Part shown: positions 38,400 to 50,200 of the stretch, piece by piece | Layout: the number at the start of each line of letters is the position of its first letter | How positions within the stretch are numbered: position 1 is the stretch's first letter | DNA from: Octopus sinensis | Taxonomy: Eukaryota | NCBI RefSeq assembly: GCF_006345805.1 | Contig: NC_043001.1 | Coordinates: 65,534,001-65,598,000, forward strand | DNA: 64,000 nt | Direction of reading: 5' to 3' | The notes under the pieces: generated by a model | Seen by the model: the letters and a program-made list of their open reading frames with translations, nothing else | The model's database searches: none | What the model was told of the DNA's origin: nothing | Made by a program: the position numbers and the translations under genes

Positions 38400-39460
38400 A
38401 GAACCCCCCACACAGACACACACACCTATACGGCCTGCCATAACTCTCGACGAGCGAGGCAAAGTGCTGCGAAAGGCCGATAACAGCCGCGGAAATACAG
38501 GAAGCGATGAAGAGTTGCATGAGAGATAGATCGCCGAGTTTGGATGGTCTGCCCTACGGGTTTTATACTTCGGTGCCAGATTTGTTTGCGGGTCTCTTAA
38601 CAAACGTCTACTGCAGCTGGCAGCAAAATGGGAGAATTCCTACTTTGTATGTCGAGGGTAGTGGCAATGCTGAGAAAGGACTGTTTAATGCAGAGTTGAA
38701 AATTTTGTCCAAGGTGTTAGCCAAGAGGTTGGCGCTTGTCGTGGACAAACTGGTTGGCGAGGCACAAACTTGCGCCATCCCAACCAGGAGTGTTCACGAT
38801 AACCTCCATCTTATGCGCTACATCATAGAGAAAGTGGCATGGTTTGGACTCTGATCAATTTAGATCAATCTAAAGCTTTTGATAGTGTCGACCATCAATA
38901 CTTGGCGGCTGTCCTCGGGACAGCCGGTTTCGGTCCAGTTTTCCACGGTTGGATCGCTGCTTTATGCAGCAATATCTGCTCGGTTGTTCGGGTGAATGGT
39001 CACCTGTCGGAGCCTTTCAGTATCTTGCTTTCGGTCCGTCAAGAGTACCCTCTCACCTCCCTTCCGTATGTACTGACTCTTGAGCCATTACTGCGGAAGT
39101 TGGAGGCTTTGAGGGGTGCCCCGCGTAATCTAGGAGAAGTGTGTCTGCTTACGCTGATGATGTCACCGTGATAGTGTCGACCCACAGGCATATAGACCTA
39201 ATTGGCGAAACACTGCAGGAATATGAAGCGGTAACAGGAGCTAAAATTATCGCTGAGAAGTCAGTGGGCTTCCAACTCGGCACCTGGACAGACGGTCTCG
39301 TTAAGTTGCTCGGAGTTTGGTTTGGTTTGGTCCGGACTCCCAGGTGGAGAAGAACTGGGGCGAGGTGGAGAGCAGAGTAGCCAATCTCACCCAGAAATGG
39401 GCCTAGAGAAAGCTGTCTCTGAAAGGTCGAGCCGCCAGGGGTGCAATGCGGTAGGTGGTT
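38400..39460 (+). pseudogene. L1/Tx1-clade LINE reverse-transcriptase remnant
   Basis: SPSLDGLPYGFY, KILSKVLAKRL, QTCAIPTRSVHDNL, LDQSKAFDSVDH, VRQEYPL, AYADDVT. Confidence 0.88.
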
Positions 39461-39495
39461 CCAACTTGTACAAATATAAAGCAAAAGTCAAACAT

Positions 39496-39526
<31 letters not shown>

Positions 39527-40953
39527 CAACAACAACATCGAAAAATACCTTAGGAATGAGAACTCAGGTTCGAAATTTCCCCAAGACACCTGATGAAGGC
39601 TGGAGCGTTGTGTTAACAGCAAACAACATGAGGACAAATATCCGTCAAATGTTGTAAAACCCATTGTATCGTCCTGTTCTTGTCTTTTATGTTGTTGTAT
39701 GTCTCGTAATACAATTTTATGTAAGCCCTTGTGGCCAATGAATGAATTATTCTTTATTATTATTATTATTATTATTACTTTTTTTTCTTCTTTCAAATTT
39801 GCTTCCATTTCTTGCCGAGTGTCTTCCCGACTCCTAGGGCAAAGAAACTCATAGTATACATTGGTAGGCCATTAAACCAAACTCAATAGTTCGTTCATTT
39901 TTTAAATTAAAAAAAATTCTTTTTTTTTTAAAGTTATATTAAAATACATGAGCAGCAACAGTTCTCACATCGACAATGCTCTTCTCAACACGTGTGATGT
40001 ACCAGTTAAGACAATCTTTTGCACTTCTTGCAGGGATGGTAAGCCAGGGATCATTCTCATATAATTTTCGGTTCCCTTCTTGATCATTCCTAGTGCTCCT
40101 ACGATCACTGGTATTGTAACCGCCTTGAGATGCCACATTTTCTCAATTTCAATGAGTAGGTCTTTATATTTTCTGAGCTTGTCAAACTCTTTCGCTGAGA
40201 TATTCTGATCACAGGGGATGCTCATGTCGATCAATAAGCAAACTTTATTGTTTTGGTCTTTCACAACAATATCTGGTTTATTAGCCTTGATGGTTCGGTC
40301 TGTATGTACTGGAAAGTCCCACAGAATGGTTACATTTTCTCCTTCAGTTACAACCTCAGGGTGGTGATTATACCACTTGTCGGCAGTTTTGATATTGTAA
40401 TGCCGACTTATTAGCCAGTGTAGATATTGGCCAACTCTGTCATGCCTTAATTTATACTCCACTGGTGCTAAGACTTTACATCCAGAGATTAGGTGGTCCA
40501 CTGTTTCAATCATGTCGTTGCAGAATCGGCATTTTGGGTCTGCTCCATTTTTCATCACATTGGCCTGGTAGTTCCGGGTTAATAGGCTTTGATCTTGAGC
40601 AGCCAGGATGAAACCTTCGCTCTCTGCCTTTAGCCCTTAGCTCCGTAGCCACTGATGGGTTTGCTTCTGGTCAACATCAGCTTGTTTGCTGCGGGCCACA
40701 TATTTGCCGTGCAGAGGTTTCTCCTCCCATCTATCAGCCAATTGCTCGTGCGCTTTTTTCGTTGCCATTATTTTCACCTTCTTTGCAACAATAGTTGCCG
40801 TACTTCTCTCGGGTTGTTCAGTTTGGGTATCCTGCACGAGATCAATAGCAAATTTTTTGCTTTCCTTTATGATAGAACTAGCAGAATTGCCCGGCGTTGC
40901 TCGGGGCTGAATTGCTTGGAAGTACTGTTAATGATTGCACTGAATTATGATGA

Positions 40954-41475
40954 TTATTCAGGCAAATATTGATATAAGTTTACGGTGGGAGATAAGGACT
41001 TAACGATCAAACGTGTGCCATTGCATTGTTTTGGGGGAACCAAATTTCTGATGAGCATTATAGGGGCACCAACTTTAAGTTTGAGAAAGTGTGGTGGTAG
41101 TCCGGGGTTCTCAAAGGAATTGAGTACCTCTATTGGATAGTTGATGACGTCCTCTGGGTCAGGAGTTGTATCGATAGACTGATATACATAGACTTTCCCA
41201 GGAATGAGTTTTAGCATTTCTTCATTAATATGGTGAACAGTTTTATTCCTCGGGGCCAGTATAGCCTTTTTGCCGATCCAATCCATATTCTGATAATTAG
41301 CTTGTAGATCTGGGAACACTGCATCTCTGAGATCAGAAGGCGTCTTAACAATGGTACAAATGGAATCGATGGCAATATTACCATTTTCATCCCCTGGTAT
41401 TTTGCCTTCGCCAAGTGCAAGGAGGGTGTGATGAAATGCTGCTGATGTGATATTACGTCGCATATGAGCACGCAT
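40954..41475 (-). pseudogene. Helitron RepHel helicase (PIF1-like) fragment
   Basis: AILAPRN..V..IN, YQSID, YPIEVLNS..PGLPPH.LKLKVGAPIMLIRNL..CNGTRLIV. Confidence 0.92.
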
Positions 41476-41721
41476 ATTGGTGTGAAGTTTGAGAGTTACT
41501 TCCCTTTATTTAAAAAATATGCATTAAAATGGAAAAAAATGATGGTAAATTATTTGTAAAATCATAGACTCATCGTAGACGCGCGCTAATACCCAGAAGG
41601 GCTCGATATGAATCACGACTATAAGATACCCGGTTTTGGTTAAACTGCATTGCAAAATGTGGGAGTAGTTAGGAATCTAAATCGGAGTAGACAGACACAC
41701 AACCTTTCTTTTATATATAAA

Positions 41722-42236
41722 TATTTTCGTCCTAAAAAACTTTGTATGGATTGAATGGTTACCTCTATGGAAATATATACACGCACATTATACATACATG
41801 TGTGTATAGATGAATATATAAATACATTTGAATATCTATATACACTTTTGGGCGATCTTTCTGTTTCTTAGAGATAACTTTAGATCTTATTTTCGTCCTA
41901 AAAAACTTTGTATGGAGTGAATGGTTACCTCTATGGAAATATATACACACACGTTATACATACATGTGTGCATAGATGAATATATAAATACATTTATATA
42001 TCTATATACACTTTTGGGCGATCTTTGTGCTACTTAGAGATAACTTTAGATCTTATTTTCGTCCTAAAAAACTTTGTGCGGAGTGAATGGTTACGTCTAT
42101 AGAAATATATACACACACATTATACATACATCTGTGTATAGATGAATATATAAATACATTTAAATATCTATATACACTTTTGGGCGATCTTTCTGCTACT
42201 TGGATATAGGTCTTATATTCGTCCTAAAAAACTTTC
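41722..42236. repeat. Tandem array of about 166-bp units (about 3.1 copies) inside the Helitron
   Basis: CGTCCTAAAAAACTTT at 41728, 41894, 42060 and 42220. Confidence 0.9.
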
Positions 42237-44931
42237 CTGTCACACACTCACGCACACGCACACACACACACACACACACACATGCACCCTCACACACACA
42301 CACGCACACACACACACACACACACACTCACACACACGCACGTTAGCTTACAATTTTATTTATATATTTGCGTGTCTATGTGTGTAAAGAGGAAGTGGGA
42401 GGCAGAGTGAAAGAGTCACTCACTACAGAAAGTGAATTACTTTCACTTTATTCGTTGCACACTGTGTGCGTGCGTTTGCGTGTGCTGTATCCCACACTAA
42501 GAGAAGCATTTGACTCATACACCACAATGTGAGTTTTCTCTAAATTTTGCTTAATTGGGGTTGAAATTTTAAAAAGTGGACCTGGCACGACCTGATACAT
42601 TCTACTCTTAAAAATGCTAGGTAAATTGTAATTGAAGAAATCCTATATTGTAGATTTGTATAACTCCCAAAGGGAGGCAGATAAAATCTGCCTTTTATAA
42701 TAAGAGATGAAGCTTCTTTCGTCTCTCGTGATTTTCCACGAGCTTTAGCATCCAATCATTCGTTATTTCGAGATATTTGGCCAGTCCAATTGTGGTTGTT
42801 TTGTAAGCTAGTTCAAATTGGATCAGGCCTCGACCTCCTTGGGCTCTGGGAAGGTAAAGGCGATCTACGTCTGCCTTTGGGTGGTGCATCCTATTACAAC
42901 TCAGCAGCTTGCGTATTTTCCTATCTATATTCTTTACTTCACTCATATTCCAGTTCAACACATCGTAGCTATAAGTAACAACTGGAACTGCTAAGGAATT
43001 TATAGCTAACACCTTGTTACGTGCATTTAGTTCAGATTTCAGGACTGCACGAACTCTCCTATAACATTCCTTCCTGATCTTCTCTTTCATGCTTGCATGC
43101 TGAATACCAGAGCCTTCATTTATCCCTAAATATTTGTATGTTTGTTCTTGCTCAAGCTCTCTTATGACTGTGTCAACATCTAACACGACTGAATTTGTGG
43201 TCTTCACTTTCCCTTTCTGGAAAGTGGCCTTGGCACACTTCTCAAGTCCAAACTCCATCCCGATGTCATCGCTGAATGCTTTCACAGTGCGCAATAGGCC
43301 TTCAAGTTCATTATTGTCTTTACCATAAAGTTTTAAGTCATCCATATAAAATCGATGGCTTATTTTTTTATTGGCAATTTTATACCCATACCCTGTTCTG
43401 TTTAATTCACTTGTAAGGGGTATTAGGGCTATGCAGTATATTAAAGGTGAAAGTGAGTCACCTTGAAAAATTCCACAGTTGATGTTTATATTTTCTGAGG
43501 CAAGTACTCCATTACAGTGGTATAATTGGAGATTCGTATTCCACAACGACATATTGTGCTTCAGGAAGTTTGAAATCACAGGGGAAATTTTGAAGATGTC
43601 CAGCGATCTCAAGATCTATGGATGCGGTATACTGTCGAAGGCCTTTTTATAGTCAATCCATGCGGAGCTGAGATTTCTGCGCTTGTTGTGACAGTTCTCA
43701 AGGATCATACGATTAATTAGCAGTTGATCTTTGCATCCGTAAGAACCTCGGCGGCACCCTTTTTGTTCAATGGGGAAAATATCGTTCTTCTCCATGAATG
43801 CATGTGTTTTCTCCGCCAGGATAGATGTTAGGATTTTATACGTGGTGGATAGACAGGTTATAGGCCGATAGTTTTTTGGAAGGTTGGTTTCGTTATTCTT
43901 TGGGAGTAGGTAAGTAATACCACTTGCTAACCATTCAGGTGTTTTCTTTGGGTCTCTCATAATTCCATTGAGCAGCTAAACTAGCTTACCGTGTGCGCAT
44001 GGGAGCGATGCGAGCCAGAAATTCGGCACCCTATCTTTACCGGGGGATTTCCAATTATGGGCCTTCGTGAGTGCCTTTCTTAGGTCTGCTACTGTGATGT
44101 CTTCCCATGCTTGTTGTAAATTTTGGTAGGATCCTTCAGTTTGTATAATCCAGTCTGCATTTATGTTGTACGTCTTCTTGTCACTCCAAATCCTTTTCCA
44201 AAAGTTTTGAACTTCTTCCATGGGAGGGGGGTCTTTAACGGTTACTTTCTCCTTCCCTATTTCTCTGTAGAATTTTTTGGCATTGGATGTGAACAGCTTA
44301 TTTTGCTTGTAAAACTTGTTTCTCTTCTCAAATCTTCGTATTCTTTGGGCTTTTGCTTGGACTTTTTGTTTCAGCATTTCTTTTATTGATATCAGTTCTT
44401 CTCTTGGTGAGGATCCAAATTTTCTCTTCATCTTTCTTCCTGTTCTGGATCTTACATCATTTCCACATATTAGTTCATTTAATATTGATATTTCCCCTCT
44501 CATAAATTCAATCTCTTTTTCAATTTTACTTCTCCAGGTTTGATTTTCTTTGTTTTTTCGGGGGCATACAGCTGGTTTCAATTGCCCTAGCAGAAGCGTA
44601 AATAATTTCATTTAACTCAGTAAAATCAGGTTTTAATTCTTGTATTATTTCATTTGTTACATAGTTGCCAATTTGGATTTGTTTTTTATTTTGGTTTGTA
44701 TTTGAGAGTTTATGAAGTGGTTCTCTATCATTCATACTTGTATGTCTTACAACTTCAAGCGTATTCAGGATTTTCTGCCTCATTTCTGCCATAGACTCTC
44801 TGTGTTCTTCAGCAAATGCGAGATCTTCAGTTACTGTTGTTTTATCGTTTTCCTGGCTATCTTTAACAGGTACAATAGAATTTCTTGTATCTTCAGGCCT
44901 TTGCGTACTTTGGTCAGATGGCAGTCTTTCA

Positions 44932-44986
<55 letters not shown>

Positions 44987-45027
44987 GTAGTAGTAGTAGT
45001 AGTAGTAGTAGTATTATCATTATTATA

Positions 45028-45236
45028 AGGCGGCGAGCTGCAGAATCGTTAGCATGCAGGAGGAGATAGCGTTATTTCGCCCGTCGCTACGTTCTGAATT
45101 CAAATTCCGCCGAGGTCGCCTTTGCCTTTCATCCTTGCGGGATCGATAAAGTAAGTACCAGTTGAGTACTGGGGTCGATGTAATCGTCAATCCCCCTACT
45201 CCAAATTTCAGGCCTTGTGCCTATAGTAGAAAGGAT
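45028..45236 (+). mobile_element. SINE family B with (TTA)n tail
   Basis: AGGCGGCGAGCTG.CAGAATCGTTAGC head; ends AGAAAGGATTATTATT. Confidence 0.85.
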
Positions 45237-45249
45237 TATTATTATTATC

Positions 45250-47198
45250 ATTGCCTTTGCACAGTTTCTAACGCTGGCGATGTACTACGATGTCAGCTGT
45301 TCACTACCAGTGAACTAAGGTAAAACCTCTTATTTTTCGAGCACCTTTCGGAGTATTCGAGGGCTTACAAGTAGTGCTGTTTTCTGCAAGTGTTCCACCC
45401 TTATTGCAGCCCCTATTTGTTCCACGTACTTCTCGAGATTTTTGCTCACTGTTCCCAGGGCTCGGACAGGGCTACCTTTTTCATCGACCACAAATGCTTT
45501 ACTTTCCAAGCTAACCTGTCATATCTCTCCACTTTTCTTTCTTCCTTATCGCATACCTTGTTGTCAGCTGGGCATGCTATATCTATGATCCAGCATAGTT
45601 TGTTTTCCTTCTCAATTAAGACTATGTCCGGCTTCCTATTCTCTATCTCATGGTCGCACTGAATCATAAAATCCCTGAGGATCTTTGCATTTCTATTCTC
45701 GACGATGCCTTCGGGTTTGTAGTCGTACCAATTTTTTGCTCTGTCAAGTCCATACTTGTTGCAAAGCGTCCAATGGAAAAGCCTGGCTTTATTGTCGTGG
45801 CGTATCTTATATTCCTTCTGGGCTAGTTGCGTACATTGACTGGTAATATGCCATACGGCTTCACTGTTTTGTTCGCAGGTTCTGCACTTATCACTTTCTG
45901 CTGTGTTGTCTATTCTGTATTTCATATTGTTTGTTCTTAGTGACTGATATTGGGCAGCACAAATGAAAGCCTCCATTTCCGGTTTTAAATCACTTTTAGT
46001 CATCCACAGCCATTTTTTTTCTCTGTATGTCTTATCTTCAACATCCCTATGAAATTGACCATGCATTCTTTTCTTTATCCACCTATTTTCAGTTTCATCC
46101 GTTTTTGAATTTCTTGTATATTGCTTTATCTTTGCAATTTTTCATCCTACACAATCCTGACATTCTTACTTCTAATAATAGAGGTCCTGTGGCATTTTTT
46201 ACATACCATGCTATGTTGTTTCTTCTGCTCTAATGCTGTGTTCGCATCCAATAAGTCCTCTACCCCTCTTTTTCTTGCTACATTCAGTCTGTCTGTGTCA
46301 CTTTTTCGGTGAAGTGACCATATCTAGTTAGCAACTTCCTTGTCTTTCTTAGTTCGTCTACTGTCCATGCAATTACGCCTGCTCCATATCTAAGGAGTGA
46401 AACCGCCCGGGTGTTGATAGCTTCAATCTTATTCCGTCCACTTAATTTCGACTTAAGGATCAGTCTTAGTCTGCGCAAGTACTCCAAAATCCCCAAGTAC
46501 TGATAGTCCGTCTCTTCTATCTGCTTCATAACCTCTCCCGACGGTATCGTTAGTCTGTCCATACATTTAATTTTGCCTCTCTTCAAGTTTAATACGTCAC
46601 ACTTTCTCAGTCCGAACTCCATTCTGATATGAGCACTGAAGGTATACACCATATCAACGAGGGAACTGACTTGGGCTTCATCTTTACCATAAAGTTTGAG
46701 GTCATCCATGAATAACAAATGGTTGGCTTTTTGCTGACGGCTTTTGAATACACACCCAGCTTTTGCTTTCCTCAGAATCAGTGTTAGTGGTATCAAGCAC
46801 AGTACAAAGATCAGTGGGGACAGGCAGTCTCCTTGGAAGATGTCGCTCCTAATTTATACTGTCCTTAAACTTCTTCCGTATGCAGTGAGGTCCGTCCTCC
46901 AATTCGCCATACTTTTTCCGAGCAATCGTTCAACATTCGATGCAATACCCAATAGATTCATACACTCCATAATCTAAGAATGCGGGATCATATCGTACGC
47001 CTTACAATAGTCAATCCGTGACATGGCTAAGTTACTTTTCCTCCTCTTGCAGTCTCTAAGTATAGTTTTGTCTATCAGGAGTTGATCCTTGGTACCTCTG
47101 CACTTACGCTTGCAACTCTTCTGCTCATGTGGCAGGACTCCATTTTTTCCAGGTGTTCGTACATTGACTCTGCGAGTATTCTAGTCAATAACTTCGCA
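45250..47198 (-). mobile_element. Second R4/Dong-type LINE (different subfamily), 5'-truncated and decayed
   Basis: [59 protein letters not shown]. Confidence 0.9.
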
Positions 47199-48967
47199 TA
47201 AGAACGTTAGCCTGGTAGCTTTTTGTGAGCAAGCTTTGATCTTGTGTTGCCAATATGAAACCTTCAGTCTCTGCTTTCAGCCTTGAACTTCTCAGCCACG
47301 GAAGGGTTGTTGATTGATCTACATCAGCATTTCGACTTCGAAATATATACTGTCCATGTAGAAGCTTCCAGCTCCACCGCTCCTCAATTTGTTTCTGCCC
47401 TTTCTTTTTTGCAGTCTTCCTGAACCATTTTACTTGCTTTGTGACAGTGGTTTCATGTTCTACAACTATTCCGGGGTTAATGCCAAGTTTCCTTGCAAAT
47501 TTTCAAGCTTCCTTGACAATAGAATGTGATTTTGTGCTGCTTTCGTGTTTGCACACAAGTCACAGCGTCCAGTCCTCTGTACTGGATAAGTACCTGTTCA
47601 TTGCTATTGTGGAGATCTTATGCAGTTCTACCTGCATCATTCTTCTTCCCCAATTACTTCTAGGTAGGTACAGACGATCAACATCTGCTTTTGGGTGGTG
47701 CATGTTCTTAGAAGTTAATAATTTTCTTTGTTTTCCTGTCCAGGCGTTGGAGCTCTGTAAGATCCCATTTAATGATGTTAAATCTATATTGAACTATTGG
47801 AAGTGCCAGGGTGTTAATGGCTTCGATGCGATTTTTAGAGTTCAGTTTTTAGTATGAGTCTTACTCACCTGTAATACTCCTTTCTTATTTTTTCCTTCAT
47901 GGTAGCATGTTGTATTCCACATCCTTCGTTTACCCTATATATTTGAAATTTTTTTGTGGATCAAGCTCCTTGATGGTAGTGTCGGTATCTAATTTAATGA
48001 AAGCTGTTTGCCTGAGCTTGCCTCTTACAAAAGTTGCTTAAGCACACTTACCAAGACCAAAGTCTATTCCGATGTCATTACCGAATTCTTTAACAGTTGT
48101 TTGCAACCCTTCTACCTCTTCGTCATTTCTAGCAAGCAGCTTCATATCGTCTATATAAAACAGATGGTATGTTGTCGTATTGTAAACTTTGAACCCATAC
48201 CTGGTGGTATTTAGTTTGTTTGAGAGTGGGATAAGTACCATGCAAAAAAGTAATGGGGAAAGGGAGTCACCTTCAAAGATGCCTCGGTTGATGATGATGT
48301 TAGTTTCACTCATCTCATTACTATGGTATAGAAGGAGATGTGTATTCCACTTGGCCATGCTGCCTTATTAGAATTGGAGAGATCCTGTATATTTCGAGGG
48401 TCTTGAATATCCAGTTATGTAGGACACTATCAAACGCTTTCCTGTAGTCTATCCATGCTATACTCAGGTTCTTTTTGCTCCGGCAATTCTCTACAATCAT
48501 TCTATTTGTGAGTAATTGACCTTTGCATTCATAAAAATTCCTTTTACAGCCTTTTTGAGCTTGTGGAAGGATAGATCTCTGTTGAAGAAAAGCGTTTATA
48601 CTGTTAGTTAATATGGATGAGAGGATCTTGTAAGTGGTGTTAAGACATGTTATTGGTCGGTATTCTTTGGATTTTTTGTGCCTTCAGATTTTGGTAGAAG
48701 ATATGTTTTTCCTTCGGTCAGCGAGGCAGGTATTTGCTCTGGGTTCTGGATGACATCAGTCAGAGATGCTGCGAAATTTTGGTGTACTTCTGTTACACAC
48801 TTTAGCTAGAAGTTAGGAATTCGGTCCAGTCCTGTGGTTTTCCATTTGTGAGACTTCCTAAGAACTCATCCTAGTTCTTCTATTTCTATTGCATTCCATT
48901 TCTGCTCTTCAACTTCATCCAGTCTCACTTTCTCACGCTTTATCCAGTCAGCTTTAGCATTATATCC
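47199..48967 (-). mobile_element. Third R4/Dong-type LINE, truncated at both ends
   Basis: YRPITCL, WIDYRKAFDS, GIFEGDSLSP, FYIDDMKL, LKAETEGFIL..QDQSLL; abuts (GAA)n at 48967. Confidence 0.88.
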
Positions 48968-49065
48968 TTCTTCTTCTTCTTCTTCTTCTTCTTCTTCTTC
49001 TTCTTCTTCTTCTTCTTCTTCTTCTTCTTCTTCTTCTTCTTCTTCTTCTTCTTCTTCTCCTTCTT
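48966..49065. repeat. (TTC)n microsatellite
   Basis: Direct reading; source of the poly-E and poly-R ORFs. Confidence 0.97.
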
Positions 49066-49370
49066 TTCTTGTTGTTGTCGTTGTTGTTATTTTCTCTAAG
49101 TGAGTTACGTACCAATACCTCCTTGCAGCCATGCATCAATGCACACAAGACATTTCGGTCGTTGTCTTTATTGTTTTGTTTATACATACATACATACATA
49201 CATACATACATACATACATACATACATACATACATACATACATACATACATACATACATACATACATACATACGTACATATGTATGTGTATTCGTGTATG
49301 TAAGGTATGTGATCGAGATAGACTTTCATCTAGAGATAGTCTAGAATAGATGAATTTACACGGTTTGTTG

Positions 49371-49455
<85 letters not shown>

Positions 49456-49989
49456 GAATTAAAGAAAAGTGGGTATATTTTACTGAAATATTGTCCATTT
49501 TTTTAGCTTGACATGATATACTTGTCTTTCAGGAGTAGAATACCTTTTGCAATCTTTTGATAATGAAGACTGGATGAATAAATCTATCATTGTTGTTGTT
49601 TTTGTGTGGTCCAAGGTTAGGTGGTCGACCTAGCCACTAGGTACAACTCAAAGATCTATCGTTCCAAGTATAATACGTCTCTTCTCACCTAAGGACCAAA
49701 CATCTAGCAATGGTCGGTTTGCGGTGCAGTGTGGCAATCTGGACATATCGTGTACTCTCGCCACAGTACATGCTGTTTCTTTACAAGGTCACCGAGCCTA
49801 ACAGTATCTTGGCAGTGTCTCCCAACAATATCTCCACCTCAACTGCCCTCGCCCTCGACAATTTATGGTGAAAAAAGCGAAGTTGTTCCGATATTAGAAG
49901 GTATTCTACCCTATCTGGCACACGATTTCTCTTGGCCACCTTGGAAAGTCTTGCATACCGCCTTCGAAAGACTGCATACCAAACATCGG

Positions 49990-50200
49990 CTTTTCCTCCC
50001 CTGAGCCAGAAAATACTTCACCCCACCACCACAACTTACAAATACCGTAAAGAATGTTTGCCGACGCGCCAACGATTCTGCCACCTGCTGAGTAACGTGA
50101 AATAAAGTATTTTGCTCAAGAACACAACGCTCCACCCGATTCGGGAATCGAACCCACGATCTAGCGTTCTTGAGTGCAACACCCTATCCACTAGCCACAT
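49990..50200 (-). mobile_element. Decayed tRNA-derived SINE (family C-like)
   Basis: Minus strand GGCATGTGGCTAGTGGATAGGGTG...GGTTCGATTCCCGAA. Confidence 0.6.

Larger units (their letters stand above)
40878..42707 (-). mobile_element. Composite Helitron (1830 bp) carrying a PIF1-helicase fragment and an internal tandem array
   Basis: CTAG plus hairpin at 40878 and TC at 42707. Removing it restores GATAGAA|TGAAGC and the LINE frame KLHSIIKESKKF. Confidence 0.92.
39778..44932 (-). mobile_element. R4/Dong-type LINE (RT + CCHC + restriction-like endonuclease), 5'-truncated, with nonsense/frameshift lesions, split by a Helitron
   Basis: KSPGKD, NYRPITCL, WIDYKKAFDS, GIFQGDSLSP, FYMDDLKLY, YKYLG, CRFC..ETVDHLISGC, KPDIVV..LIDMSIP..K..KY; (TAA)n tracts at both ends. 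Confidence 0.93.

Noticed and set aside
39585-39625. CTGATGAAGGCTGGAG in a pLTR-like fragment
   Set aside because: The GAAA half is deleted; remnant only, not counted as a ribozyme.
41722-42236. Regularly spaced repeats resembling a CRISPR array
   Set aside because: Whole units are repeated with no unique spacers; eukaryotic tandem array inside a Helitron.
42695-43612. 305-aa RT ORF as evidence of an active LINE
   Set aside because: The element is 5'-truncated, has in-frame stops on both sides and is split by a Helitron.
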